Below are positions 1 to 9,774 of a stretch of 64,000 nt of DNA, in pieces. A program made the position numbers and the translations under genes. The notes beneath the pieces were generated by a model. That model was not told the origin of the DNA, made no database searches, and was given only the letters and a program-made list of their open reading frames with translations. Within the stretch, counting starts at the first letter, position 1, and each line of letters begins with the position of its first letter. Source of the stretch: Pseudomonadota bacterium (GTDB lineage: Bacteria > Myxococcota > JACRCW01 > JAFGSX01); assembly GCA_043821645.1 (NCBI GenBank), contig JBDRCO010000043.1, forward strand, positions 113,523 to 177,522, given 5' to 3'.

Positions 1-798
1 CTCGGGCGTGCCGGGCCTGGCCTCGGCCACCGGCGGCGCGTCCTCCTCGGTGATCACGCGCAGGGTCAACAGTTCGCTGTCGCGCTTGTACAGGCGCCGC
101 AGGGTCAACAGCTCGTGCAGCAAGATACCGACCGCGAACACGTCGCTACGGCGATCCAGGGTCTCACCCAGGCATTGCTCCGGCGACATGTAGGCGGCCT
201 TGCCCATGATGGTGCCGGTGCGGGTGTGCGCCACCTTGTTGGCTGCCTTGGCGATACCGAAGTCGACGATCTTGATCTGGCCCTCGTAGGTGACCAGCAC
301 GTTCTGCGGGCTCACATCGCGGTGCACGATGTTGAGCGGCTGTCCCTGCTCGTCGCGCTGCTCGTGGGCGTAGTGCAGCCCGGCGCAGACGTCGGCGGCG
401 ATGCGTGCGCACAGCTCGACCGGGAGGATCTGACCGGTCTTGCGCGAACGGGATAGCAGCTGCGCCAGGTCCTCGCCCTGGATGTACTCCATGGCGATGA
501 AGTAGGCGCTGCCAACGCGTCCCAGGTCGTAGATCTGCACGATGTTGGGGTGGTTGAGTCGCGCGGCGATGCGCGCCTCGTCGAGGAACATCTCGACAAA
601 ATGCTCCTGCTCGCTCAGGTGCGGCAAGATCTTCTTGACCACGCAGAACTTCTTGAAGTCCGCTGCGCCGCTCATGGTGGCCAGGTACAGCTGAGCCATG
701 CCGCCGGTGGCGATCTTGCGCAGCAGGTTGTAGCGGCCAAAGGGAACGCCCGGCTCGGATGCCGCTCCACTCTCGCCGTCGCGCTCGCTGTCGCTCAC
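1..798 (-). CDS. Eukaryotic-like Ser/Thr protein kinase (N-terminal part; continues beyond left edge)
   Basis: Manual translation of - strand (not in ORF track because it has no stop in the window): FGRYNLLRKIATGGMAQLYLA...VVKKILPHL...GLHYAHE...IVHRDVSPQNVLV...KIVDFGIAKA...GKAAYMSPEQ; probable GTG start at 798. Confidence 0.9.
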   Translation of the reverse strand, partial: MSDSERDGESGAASEPGVPFGRYNLLRKIATGGMAQLYLATMSGAADFKKFCVVKKILPHLSEQEHFVEMFLDEARIAARLNHPNIVQIYDLGRVGSAYFIAMEYIQGEDLAQLLSRSRKTGQILPVELCARIAADVCAGLHYAHEQRDEQGQPLNIVHRDVSPQNVLVTYEGQIKIVDFGIAKAANKVAHTRTGTIMGKAAYMSPEQCLGETLDRRSDVFAVGILLHELLTLRRLYKRDSELLTLRVITEEDAPPVAEARPGTPE

Positions 799-876
799 GG
801 ACTGACCCCTGCCTGCGTCGTCGACGCACGTTCCCCCACTCTGGCAACCACAGACACCTGGGGTCAAGAAGGCTGC

Positions 877-1836
877 TCAGGGGAGCTGGAGGACGGCGCT
901 GACGGCATGCGCGCCCAGACACATCGAAAAGGCGTCTGCGATGCGTGGGTCATCCAGACAGGTCGGGCTCTCGATGATGGTGCCATCGCCATCGATGCAT
1001 CGCACCACCTGGGCCTGGCCATCGAGGTCGTAGCGCTCGAGACCGTCGCCATCCATGTCCAGGTCGGGGTGCTCACCGATCAGACGCATGTACTGGGCCA
1101 GGCTGATCTCGTCGGGCGTGTTGGGGTTGATGCAGAGGATGGGCATGTAGCGGCAGATGGGGATGCTCACCCGCTGCGTGTCGCGAATGCGCGCGGATCC
1201 CGCGATACGGATCTCCATCAGCTCGCGCAGGGTGTCGGGGATGAATACAGCAAAACGCGTGCGCTCCATGGGAAGGTCGTCTTCATCCAGCTTGAGCATG
1301 ATCGTCTGGTCCATGACGGTGGCCAGGCGGCATTGTTGAACCGGCGCAGGTTCGGTGCGGTACAGCGCCTGATCGCCGTCGAGATCATTGGGATCGAGAA
1401 CGGCGTGGCCGCATTCGGGCGCGCCGCAGAAGTTGTTGGCCGGATCCTGGTCCGCGTCCTCGCAGGTGAAGTACTTGATGGTGACCGAGCGATCGTCACA
1501 GCCATAAGGATCGTCGACGCCCACCAGTTCCAGGGCGACACAGATGCGTCCGGTCTGCACCGACGAGCGAAAGGCGTCGTTGATGGCAGTGGCCATCGGA
1601 GCCAGGGCCCGATTGACCGCCGCGTCGGGCAGGCTGTCACCGTCCAGATCCAGGGACTGCTGCACGGGTGTGAGCGCCATATCATCGACCAGGAAGCCCA
1701 GGCCCGTGGGCACCGGATCGTCGTAGCCGTCCCACTCCGCCGGCTCGGGCGGAGGCCTGGACGCCGGGGGGGCGCAGGCGGCGCCCAGGAGCACTGCCAG
1801 CACCAGACCCAGGCATCGCTGTCGATTCCGTCGCAT
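877..1836 (-). CDS. Hypothetical Cys-rich lipoprotein
   Basis: ORF 877..1911 trimmed to ATG 1836: MRRNRQR + hydrophobic stretch + LGAAC lipobox; DLDGD/DMDGDG Ca-loop-like motifs; many Cys. Confidence 0.65.
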   Translation of the reverse strand: MRRNRQRCLGLVLAVLLGAACAPPASRPPPEPAEWDGYDDPVPTGLGFLVDDMALTPVQQSLDLDGDSLPDAAVNRALAPMATAINDAFRSSVQTGRICVALELVGVDDPYGCDDRSVTIKYFTCEDADQDPANNFCGAPECGHAVLDPNDLDGDQALYRTEPAPVQQCRLATVMDQTIMLKLDEDDLPMERTRFAVFIPDTLRELMEIRIAGSARIRDTQRVSIPICRYMPILCINPNTPDEISLAQYMRLIGEHPDLDMDGDGLERYDLDGQAQVVRCIDGDGTIIESPTCLDDPRIADAFSMCLGAHAVSAVLQLP

Positions 1837-1876
1837 CACAGCTACAATTATCGCACGAAGGCCCACCAGGTGCCGC

Positions 1877-2716
1877 ATGACCGAGATCACCATCCTGATC
1901 GCCCTGCTCACCGCGGCCGCGGTGCCCGTCGATGAGAACGCGGCGCCGGGCTCGGGCGCGCACTGGCTGCAGGTGGCCAGCGCAGCCTACGAGGAACTGC
2001 GCTTCGACGACGCCCGCGTGGCCCTGGACAGAGCCCTGCGCGACCCCAGCAGCCCCCACCCTCAGCTGGTCCAGATTTACAGGTTGCAGGGGGTGGTCGA
2101 GGCCTCCATGGGTCAGCCCGTGGCCGCCAAGCGCGCCTTCGCGCAGATGCTGGTGCTGGACCCCCAGGCCAGCCCTCCCGACGAGGTCTCGCCCAAGATC
2201 AGCACCGCCTTCGAGGCAGCCCGTGCCAGCTTGCCCGGAGAGCGCGGCATCCTGATCGAGTGCGCGGCGTCCGCCGAGCTGCGCATGGGCCAGGCCGCCG
2301 AGCTCCCCATCCGAATCAGTGACACCCTGGGCATGGTCGAGCAGCTGGTGGTGCGCTACCAGGTGGCTGACGCCGAGCCTCGGGAGCGTGTGCTCGGACG
2401 CGCGGACCAGGGCATGCTCCACATCACAGCGCAGGAGCTGCCAGTGCGCGCAACGCCCTACGTGGTGCGCTTGCAGGCCGAGGCCCAGAACCTGTACGGC
2501 GTCCGCCTGGCCGAGCTCGACAGCACGTCGCCGGGCGCGCAGATCCGCGTGGTGCAGGAACTGAGCGCCGACGAGGAGCCCTTGACCCGGCAGTGGTGGT
2601 TCTGGACCAGCCTGGCCGGTGGCGCGGCCCTGGCGGCGGTGGTGGCCGGAGGACTGACCTGGGCCCTGGCACCCCGGGACAGCAGCCCGCGCGATATCGA
2701 GGTGCGCGTCGAATGA
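1877..2716 (+). CDS. Exported TPR-like protein with C-terminal TM helix
   Basis: Signal peptide; helical repeat segment (AYEELRFDDARVALDRAL...AKRAFAQMLVLDP); C-terminal WWFWT + hydrophobic helix; stop overlaps next ATG (ATGA). Confidence 0.65.
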   Translation: MTEITILIALLTAAAVPVDENAAPGSGAHWLQVASAAYEELRFDDARVALDRALRDPSSPHPQLVQIYRLQGVVEASMGQPVAAKRAFAQMLVLDPQASPPDEVSPKISTAFEAARASLPGERGILIECAASAELRMGQAAELPIRISDTLGMVEQLVVRYQVADAEPRERVLGRADQGMLHITAQELPVRATPYVVRLQAEAQNLYGVRLAELDSTSPGAQIRVVQELSADEEPLTRQWWFWTSLAGGAALAAVVAGGLTWALAPRDSSPRDIEVRVE

Positions 2717-4614
2717 AACGGCTCGTCGCAAGCGCCCTGATCCTGTGTGGTCTGGCCTGCACGGCCCGCGATCGCATCGCGCTGCACTTCGTCGACGACA
2801 CCACCCGCGCCGAGGCCACGCGGGCCGAGGTCTATGCCCTGGCCATGGAGACCCGCCGCGGCGATCCCGTGGACTGCGATGCCCTCGCGGATGGCCGACG
2901 CAGCGTCGACGACGACGAGGTGGTGGTGGCCCAGCACACCAGCCTGACCATCCCGTTGCCCCCAGACGCGGATCCCCTGCTGGTGCAGCTCCCCCAGGAG
3001 CGCTACCTGTTCTTCGCCGAGGCCTTTGATCGTTTTGGCTTCCGCGTGGCCCATGGCTGCACCGTCGACGATGTGAGTTCGGCGCGGCGCCTCGAGCGAA
3101 CCATCGCGCTGATCACGGACCCCCCCCTGACTGGCGAGCTCTCGGCGGTGGGTGACACCTCCTGGCTTCAGCATGCGGGCGCTCCGGGTCTGGAGACGGC
3201 GCGTCGCCTCGAGGTCCAGGCCCTGGGGTCAGCGGGCCTGCTGCGCGACGTCGAGGTGCGTACCCTCGTCGAGAGCGGGGAGGCGGTGGTGCTGGACTCT
3301 GTGCTGCGCACCGATGACCTGGGACGCGCGGGCAGCCTGGCGCTCATCGGCAGTGGCGAGGTCAGGCTGCTGGTGCACGTGCGCGGTCTGAGCGGCTCGC
3401 CGCTGCGCTTCGTGCTGCAGGGTGTCCCCAGTCCGACCTTCCAGACCACGGCGAATCAGATCCTGGGTACGCCAGCGCAGCTCATCTCGGCGGACCTTCT
3501 GCTCGACAGCTTCGAGGCCAGCGATCTCATGGCCGTGATGCAGGATGCTGCCGGGGCCTTTGGCATGGTGTGGCGCGCCGATGACCAGGGCAGCAGCTTC
3601 GTGACCACCCGCCGCATCAGTCTCGGTCTGGCGACCAGCGGCGTGCGCGCGGCCATGCTGGACACCGATCAGCGCACCGACCTGATCTACGCGGTGCCGT
3701 CATCCGCCACCCAGCCCCGTCCCGCGCTGGCCATCGCGCACCACGACCTGGGCCAGGGAGACGATTTCGACCCACCCGTCGACGAGAGTTTGCCCGCGGA
3801 CATCGAGCAGATCGAGAGCCTGCAGGTGGCCCGGATCGATGCCGACGCTCTGGACGACGTGGTCGTGGTCGGACACACGGCCAGCAGCCGGGTGGTGCTG
3901 GTGCTGCTCACGCGCCCTGCGGCGCCCAACGCAGGGCAAGCCGTGCTCTCAGTAAGGCAGCGCTTCGATATCCCGGAGTTCGCCGCCGACACGGAGGTCC
4001 TGCTGGGGGACCTGGACAGCGACGGGGATCACGACCTGCTGCTGGCCTCACCCATCGCCGGTCTGTGGATCGTCCCCTGCGGTGACGACGTCGAGGGCCG
4101 CGGCTCGGGTCGCTACTTCGTGCCTGTCAACGCCGCGCCGGCCGACTGGCCGCACCTCTTCGCCACCATAGGCTTCAACCTGACAGCCACCCAGGACGTC
4201 GACGAGGACGGCCTGAACGACCTGGTGTGGGTCATCGACAGCTCGGCGCTGGGCATCGGCGTGGGCCTGCGACTGGTGCGCGGAACCGGACACCTGCTCG
4301 ACCTGACCCTGGAGCCGCATCGCCAGCTCCCCCTGGACAGCGCCAATCTCCTGGTCGTGGCGGACATCAACGCGGATGGCCACATGGATGTGCTGGTAAA
4401 CACCTTGAGCCCGCCACGGCGCGCCCTGCTCATGGGAGGGGACGGCAGCGGGCGCTTCGCCGATCCCCTGCTGCTGCGCACGGACATGGGCTCGGTGGGC
4501 ATGGCCGTGGCGGACCTCAACATCGACGGCGTGGCGGACGTGGGCTTCTTGGGCACCACCACCGGTGAAGACCACTTCCTGCAGGTCCACATGTCCACCG
4601 GTCTGTCGCAGTAG
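2713..4614 (+). CDS. Lipoprotein with FG-GAP/VCBS-like repeats
   Basis: ATG 2713, MKRLVASALILCGLAC lipobox; repeated DxDxDGxxD motifs (GDLDSDGDHDLL, DVDEDGLNDLV, ADINADGHMDVL, ADLNIDGVADV). Confidence 0.75.
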   Translation: MKRLVASALILCGLACTARDRIALHFVDDTTRAEATRAEVYALAMETRRGDPVDCDALADGRRSVDDDEVVVAQHTSLTIPLPPDADPLLVQLPQERYLFFAEAFDRFGFRVAHGCTVDDVSSARRLERTIALITDPPLTGELSAVGDTSWLQHAGAPGLETARRLEVQALGSAGLLRDVEVRTLVESGEAVVLDSVLRTDDLGRAGSLALIGSGEVRLLVHVRGLSGSPLRFVLQGVPSPTFQTTANQILGTPAQLISADLLLDSFEASDLMAVMQDAAGAFGMVWRADDQGSSFVTTRRISLGLATSGVRAAMLDTDQRTDLIYAVPSSATQPRPALAIAHHDLGQGDDFDPPVDESLPADIEQIESLQVARIDADALDDVVVVGHTASSRVVLVLLTRPAAPNAGQAVLSVRQRFDIPEFAADTEVLLGDLDSDGDHDLLLASPIAGLWIVPCGDDVEGRGSGRYFVPVNAAPADWPHLFATIGFNLTATQDVDEDGLNDLVWVIDSSALGIGVGLRLVRGTGHLLDLTLEPHRQLPLDSANLLVVADINADGHMDVLVNTLSPPRRALLMGGDGSGRFADPLLLRTDMGSVGMAVADLNIDGVADVGFLGTTTGEDHFLQVHMSTGLSQ

Positions 4615-4629
4615 GCTGCGGAGTCCAGC

Positions 4630-5829
4630 TCAGGCCCGGCGACGACGTCGCGCGAAGATCGCGCCAGCCAGGGCCAGCAGGGGCCAGGCCACCTGGGCGC
4701 TGGCCGCGACGCAGCCGCAACCGCCCGGCTCATCCTGCGGCGGCGGAGCGCCGGGCTTGCGGCACAGCCCGTCCTGGCAGGTGGTGTCTGCGCTGCAAGG
4801 AACCACGATGCGCTGCCCCTCGCTGCACAGGATGCGGTAGTAGGGATCCTGGCAACCCGGCGTGCACTCCCCGACGTCGGCGCCGCCGGTCACGTCGAGA
4901 GCTGTCGTCGTGTCCGCGACGGCAGCATCCAGCGCCATCACATGGTCCTGCGCGGTCGCCGTGTCCGCGGGGCTGGCCTGGTCCTGAGCCACAGCCGCAT
5001 CGGTGGGCATGGCGTGGTCCTGCCCGACCCCGGCGTCGTGGCCCGGGCTGCTGTCCACACCCACAGCCAGATCCGAGCCCAGGGAGGAATCGCTGGCCTG
5101 GACTGCATCCAGGCCAGAGGCCGCGTCGACGGGGGATGCACTGTCCTGGACCAGGGTCGAGTCCGCCGCCGTGGCCGCGTCGCTGCCCGAGCTGAGGTCC
5201 TGTCCGATAGCAGCGTCGGAAGCCTGGGCGCTGTCCGGCGCGGTGGCCGAGTCCGCCGCCGGGGCCGCGTCGACGGTGCTTCCCGCGTCCTGGCTGGGGT
5301 CCTGCACCGTGTAGCTGAAGACCTCGGCACAGCTGGAACTCATGCACGGGGTACAGCCGCCGCAGATCCCGCTGTTGCCAAAGATCTCGTCGCCGCCCTG
5401 GTCGTGCCAGGCGCTGACGATGTAGCGCACCTGGGTGTTGTGCACCTGCCCGGGCAGGGTGGCGCTGGCGATGTCGATGGCATCGGCAAAGGGCGTGTAG
5501 GTGCACTGGAACGAGGCCGACACCACCTGGGTGGTGCCGCTGCCCACGCCGAGGGCAGCAGCAGGTGTGCTGCCGTCGGTGGTGTAGGCCACACGATACT
5601 GGTTGGTGTAGTTCTGGAACTCCACCTTGAACCGCAGGGTCACGGCATCGCTCGAGGTCGGAGCCAGGGTGTCGACGTAGGGTACAGCGCCACCGCAGGT
5701 GCTGGTGGCAGCCCCCCCGGTGACGTCGGCGCTGGAGCGCTCGTGGTACACGAAGTTGGCCGTGGCCGAGGCGCCGCGCGCCATCACCAGGACCCCGAGG
5801 AGGGAACTCACCATCAGAGCGTTGCGCAT
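4630..5829 (-). CDS. Surface protein with Asp-periodic linker and MYXO-CTERM-like sorting tail
   Basis: GGAG SD upstream of ATG 5829; signal peptide; beta-rich N-domain; D-x5 repeats; C-terminal GGCGC-hydrophobic-RRRRRA. Confidence 0.75.
   Translation of the reverse strand: MRNALMVSSLLGVLVMARGASATANFVYHERSSADVTGGAATSTCGGAVPYVDTLAPTSSDAVTLRFKVEFQNYTNQYRVAYTTDGSTPAAALGVGSGTTQVVSASFQCTYTPFADAIDIASATLPGQVHNTQVRYIVSAWHDQGGDEIFGNSGICGGCTPCMSSSCAEVFSYTVQDPSQDAGSTVDAAPAADSATAPDSAQASDAAIGQDLSSGSDAATAADSTLVQDSASPVDAASGLDAVQASDSSLGSDLAVGVDSSPGHDAGVGQDHAMPTDAAVAQDQASPADTATAQDHVMALDAAVADTTTALDVTGGADVGECTPGCQDPYYRILCSEGQRIVVPCSADTTCQDGLCRKPGAPPPQDEPGGCGCVAASAQVAWPLLALAGAIFARRRRRA
4873..5289 (-). repeat. 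Intragenic hexapeptide (18-bp) repeat, about 23 units each starting with Asp
   Basis: DAGSTV DAAPAA DSATAP DSAQAS DAAIGQ DLSSGS ... DVTGGA; one 5-aa unit. Confidence 0.85.
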
Positions 5830-5915
5830 GTTCATCTCCACACCGATTTGATGCCCCCAGTCTACCTGAATTCGTGCCCCTGGGTGCGCGCTCAAAACAG
5901 CGCTACAGTATCGCC

Positions 5916-6680
5916 ATGACCGCTGAGGCCCCCAGACCCGCGAACCCGCCCGCGCCAGCGACCGCCACGTCGACGCCTCGAGACAGCGATCTGGTCTTCG
6001 ATGATGTGCACCTGACCGACCCCGGGCTCGACACCATCCCGCATCCGTTCTGGCGCAGCTGGAAGGCCTCCTTTGAAGCGGCGGTCGCAGGTGTGCTGCG
6101 CACCGTCGCCACCCAACGCAACATGAAGGTACACACCACGGCAGCCATGATGGTCATGCTGGTTGGCATGGCACTGCCGCTCAACCTGGCCACGCGCTCG
6201 GCCCTGGTGTTCTTGATCGCGGCGGTGATGTTCGCCGAGATCCTCAACACGGCACTCGAGGCCGTGGTCGACCTGTTCATCGGCACTTACCACCGTCTGG
6301 CCATGCTGACCAAGGACGCGGCTGCGGCCGGCGTGCTCATCCTGGCGGTGGGCGCGGTGGTCATCTTCTTCGACATCCTCATCGCCAACTGGCGCATGGT
6401 GGCCGACAACCTGGACCGCGTGATCCTGTACGCGGGTCTGGGTGTCCCCGTCGTCGTGTTGCAGCTCGTGGTGCTGTTCGGGCCGCGCAAGGGCGTCCTG
6501 CCCTGGTTGCTCACCGTCGTCGGCCTGGCCTTGCTGGTGCCCTTGATCGGACTCAGCCTGGACCCACTGTTCTCGGCGGGCTCCGTGCTGGTGCTGCTCA
6601 GCTCGCGCATCGCGCGGGCGCGCTTTTCTGGCCGCATGCCCCGAGGAGCACCGCGCGGACCTGCCTCGCACGACGGGTGA
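5916..6680 (+). CDS. dgkA: Diacylglycerol kinase (DgkA)/undecaprenol kinase family protein with extra C-terminal TM helices
   Basis: SFEAAVAG...QRNMKVH...AEILNTALEAVVDL...KDAAAAGVL motifs. Confidence 0.8.
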   Translation: MTAEAPRPANPPAPATATSTPRDSDLVFDDVHLTDPGLDTIPHPFWRSWKASFEAAVAGVLRTVATQRNMKVHTTAAMMVMLVGMALPLNLATRSALVFLIAAVMFAEILNTALEAVVDLFIGTYHRLAMLTKDAAAAGVLILAVGAVVIFFDILIANWRMVADNLDRVILYAGLGVPVVVLQLVVLFGPRKGVLPWLLTVVGLALLVPLIGLSLDPLFSAGSVLVLLSSRIARARFSGRMPRGAPRGPASHDG

Positions 6681-6709
6681 ACGCGAGACGTGAGACGAGA
6701 ACGCGCAGC

Positions 6710-8932
6710 TCAGAGCTTGCCCAGCAGCTCGACGTGCTCGGCGATGATCTGCGCGCTCTGTTCGCGCCGCGAACTTGCCGCCTTGAGCAGGGCTTCACCA
6801 ACCCGCGGCTCCTTGGACATCACCTGCAGGATCTGGCGGCGCTCGATGCGCAGCAGCTCGACGTCGCCGATGGAACGCACGCTGGCCATGCGAGGCTGCT
6901 CCTGGATCACACCGATCTCACCGAAGAAGTCACCCTCGACCAGCTTGTTTAAAAAGATCGGGACCCCGTCGCGCTCGCTGAAGACCTCGACCTCGCCGTG
7001 CTTGATGAAGAAGAAGGAGTCCGAGGCAGAGCCCTCGTGCACCACGATCTCGTCGTCATCGTGGGTCACGAGCACCGCCTGGGCCAGCAACACTTTGCGC
7101 TGGTGTGGCTCCAGCACCGCGAACACCGGGGACTTGGCCATCAGCAATTCGGCCACACGCTCCTTGTAGAAATCGAGCAGCGCGCCTGCGATCTCCGGCG
7201 TCAGGTCCACCAGGGGATCGGCGGCCGCACGCTTCAGCTCGAACACCCAGGCGTCGGTGATGGCCTCGACCGTGGCGGTCCGCGGGCTACCGGTCAAGAA
7301 GCTGAACTCACCGAAGAAATCACCCTCGCTGAGCGAGGACAGGTAGATGCGCCCGTCGTCCCCCAGTTCGCTGTCGCTGTCGGGGGGGCTGCAGTACACC
7401 ACCACGCGGCCTCGGCCGACCGCAAACAGAGCATCCCCCTCCTCTCCTTCGCGCACCGCCAGTTCCCCGATGCGCAGGTGGCGGATGCGTGCCGCGTCGA
7501 CCAGGCGCACGAAATCGTCGGCCTCGACGTAGCCCAGCAAGGGCGCCGGGGCCGGCAGCACCGTGGCTTCCTCATCGTCAGCGCCGAGACCCTGGGGATC
7601 GGCCTGGCGCATCCACTCCCAGGCTTCCCCTCCGTCGCAGTGCTGGATCGCGTCGAGCAAGGTGCCGCGGGTGCCCACGCGCAGTTCGACCAGGGTTCTC
7701 AGATCGTCCTCGCGCTGCTCGTCGTCACAAAGATGGCGGATCGGCTCCAGGGCCACCACCGCCTGCACCAGCAGACCCCGGTGGGCAAACAGATAGGCCG
7801 CGACGCGCAGAGTCGACAGGGCGCGCACGCGCTCGTCCACCGCGAGCAGCCGCTCACCGATGTCCACCAGCGTCCACAGGTTGGGCTCCCGGGCCAGCTG
7901 CTGGCGGAGTTCGACCAGGCGCGGGTCTCGCTCCACCCCGGTGTCCTGGACCAGGGCCTGCACCGTGGGCTCCCGACGACGACGACCCAGGCGCTCGCGC
8001 TCCTCGGCCAGGTCCAGACCGCCCAGGTAGTCGGCGAAGCTCGACTGGTCGTATTCGTTTTGCTGCAGGTAGGCCTCGAGCGACTGGGCCATCTCGGCAC
8101 CGCTCTGAAAGCGGTGCTGAACGTCACGCTTGAGTGCCTTCATGGTGACCTGGTCCAGCACCGAAGGGACACCGGCGTTGATCCAGGACGGTGGCTCGAT
8201 GGTGGCCTCGAGCACCTTGGTGATGGTCTGCACCGGGGAATCCGCGCCGAACAGCCGCTGGCCGCTGAGCATCTCGTGCAGCACCACGCCGAGCGAGAAG
8301 AGATCGGAGCGATGATCGATCTCCTCGGCCATGGCCTGCTCGGGCGACATGTAGGCGAACTTGCCCATCACCGTGCCAGGCATGGTGTGGGTCAGCTTGT
8401 TCTTGGCCTGGGCGATGCCGAAATCGGTGATCTTGACGTCGCCGACGAAGCTGATGAGCACGTTGTGCGGAGAGATGTCCCGGTGCACCACTCCCAGGCG
8501 CCGGCCCAGGTGATCGCACAGGCAGTGTGCGTGGTGCAGGCCACTGGCCATGCCTCGCACCAGGTAGGCTGCGGCCAGAGGCGCCACACCGTTGCCGGCC
8601 TGCGACACCTTGCGCAGTACCGTCACCAGATCGAAGCCGTTCACGTACTCCAGGGCCATGAAGTAGGAGCCAGCGATCTGGCCAAAGTCGAGCAGCTTGA
8701 CCACGTTGGGGTGGTCGAGGCCGATCATGATGCGCGCCTCGTCGATGAACATCGAGACGAAGTGCCGATTGGCGCAGTGCTGCGGCAGGATGCGCTTGAT
8801 CACGCAGGTGCGGACCACGCCACCAAGGGACATGGAGCGGGCGAGAAAGATCTCCGCCATGCCGCCCACGGCCAGCCGTTCGAGCAGCTCGTATTTGCCA
8901 AACAGGCTGGGTTTTGCCTCGGCCTGCACCAT
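6710..8932 (-). CDS. Ser/Thr protein kinase with two C-terminal cyclic-nucleotide-binding domains
   Basis: [51 protein letters not shown] and [19 protein letters not shown]. Confidence 0.9.
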   Translation of the reverse strand: MVQAEAKPSLFGKYELLERLAVGGMAEIFLARSMSLGGVVRTCVIKRILPQHCANRHFVSMFIDEARIMIGLDHPNVVKLLDFGQIAGSYFMALEYVNGFDLVTVLRKVSQAGNGVAPLAAAYLVRGMASGLHHAHCLCDHLGRRLGVVHRDISPHNVLISFVGDVKITDFGIAQAKNKLTHTMPGTVMGKFAYMSPEQAMAEEIDHRSDLFSLGVVLHEMLSGQRLFGADSPVQTITKVLEATIEPPSWINAGVPSVLDQVTMKALKRDVQHRFQSGAEMAQSLEAYLQQNEYDQSSFADYLGGLDLAEERERLGRRRREPTVQALVQDTGVERDPRLVELRQQLAREPNLWTLVDIGERLLAVDERVRALSTLRVAAYLFAHRGLLVQAVVALEPIRHLCDDEQREDDLRTLVELRVGTRGTLLDAIQHCDGGEAWEWMRQADPQGLGADDEEATVLPAPAPLLGYVEADDFVRLVDAARIRHLRIGELAVREGEEGDALFAVGRGRVVVYCSPPDSDSELGDDGRIYLSSLSEGDFFGEFSFLTGSPRTATVEAITDAWVFELKRAAADPLVDLTPEIAGALLDFYKERVAELLMAKSPVFAVLEPHQRKVLLAQAVLVTHDDDEIVVHEGSASDSFFFIKHGEVEVFSERDGVPIFLNKLVEGDFFGEIGVIQEQPRMASVRSIGDVELLRIERRQILQVMSKEPRVGEALLKAASSRREQSAQIIAEHVELLGKL

Positions 8933-9039
8933 GGCTCTGCAATTCCTCGTCGAGACGATCGCCTGCGTCAGCATACCCGTCGCGCCGGCGGCATCAAAGG
9001 GTCCGCGTGGGTCGAGCGCAGCCGGGGGCCCGGCGGTGC

Positions 9040-9726
9040 TCAGGGTGCCTTGTTGCAGCTGCCGGGGATGGGCATGACCTGCACGTCGGGCGGCGCACTG
9101 TAGGTGAAGTGATCCCGGGCCAGCTTGTTGTCGAACAGCGCCTTCGAGAACACGAAGCGGTTCAGGTTGCCCTGGCTATCGACCACGGTGCTGGCCTCGA
9201 CGCGCGAGGTCTTCGGGTTCACATCCAGCAGCAACCGCTGGTACGCCGCCTGGGCCTTTTTGGGTACCAGCACCAGCCGCTGCAGGCCCTCGGGCGCCTT
9301 CTGGCCCGGCTGCACGTCGAACTGCGCGCTCAGATCACCCTGACCGAACAGGAAGGTCAGCGACGAGGTCATGGCATCGGCCTTGAAACAACGATCCACC
9401 AGTGCCTGGTGATCCGCAGGCTGGATCACCCACAACGCGCTGCCGTCGACCAGGAAGGTCTTGTTTGTCGGCGTCGCGTAGTCGAAGCGCATCAGGCCGG
9501 GCCGCTGGTAGCTGACATGCCCGGTGGAGCGCTCGGTGCGCTTGAAGATGCGGCTTTGGTAGGTCTGCTCGAACTCCGCCTCGAAGCTCTGAGTGTTGTC
9601 GTAACTGCGTTGCACGGCGCGCACCAGGGCAGCGGTGGCGTCCTCGGCAGGGGCCGCCGCGGGGACAGGGGCAGCAGCCACCGGTGTCCAGGCAAGAACG
9701 TGCAGGAATGGCAGGACGAAAAGCAT
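9040..9726 (-). CDS. lolA: Outer-membrane lipoprotein carrier LolA
   Basis: Signal peptide; SFEAEFEQ...GHVSYQRPGLMRFDY...FLVDGSALW...DSQGNLNRFVFS...FTYSAPPDV. Confidence 0.85.
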   Translation of the reverse strand: MLFVLPFLHVLAWTPVAAAPVPAAAPAEDATAALVRAVQRSYDNTQSFEAEFEQTYQSRIFKRTERSTGHVSYQRPGLMRFDYATPTNKTFLVDGSALWVIQPADHQALVDRCFKADAMTSSLTFLFGQGDLSAQFDVQPGQKAPEGLQRLVLVPKKAQAAYQRLLLDVNPKTSRVEASTVVDSQGNLNRFVFSKALFDNKLARDHFTYSAPPDVQVMPIPGSCNKAP

Positions 9727-9774
9727 GGCAGTCCTCGCTGGGCGACCTGGGTGTTGGACGCGCCGCGGTACAGG

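Noticed and set aside
814-828. Short perfect palindromes (TGCGTCG-T-CGACGCA here; CACGACGTCGTG near 50657)
   Set aside because: CG-rich palindromes are expected by chance in this composition; no repeated family seen
4873-5289. CRISPR-like or non-coding repeat array
   Set aside because: Degenerate 18-bp period, in frame within a CDS; no identical repeats with spacers and no cas genes
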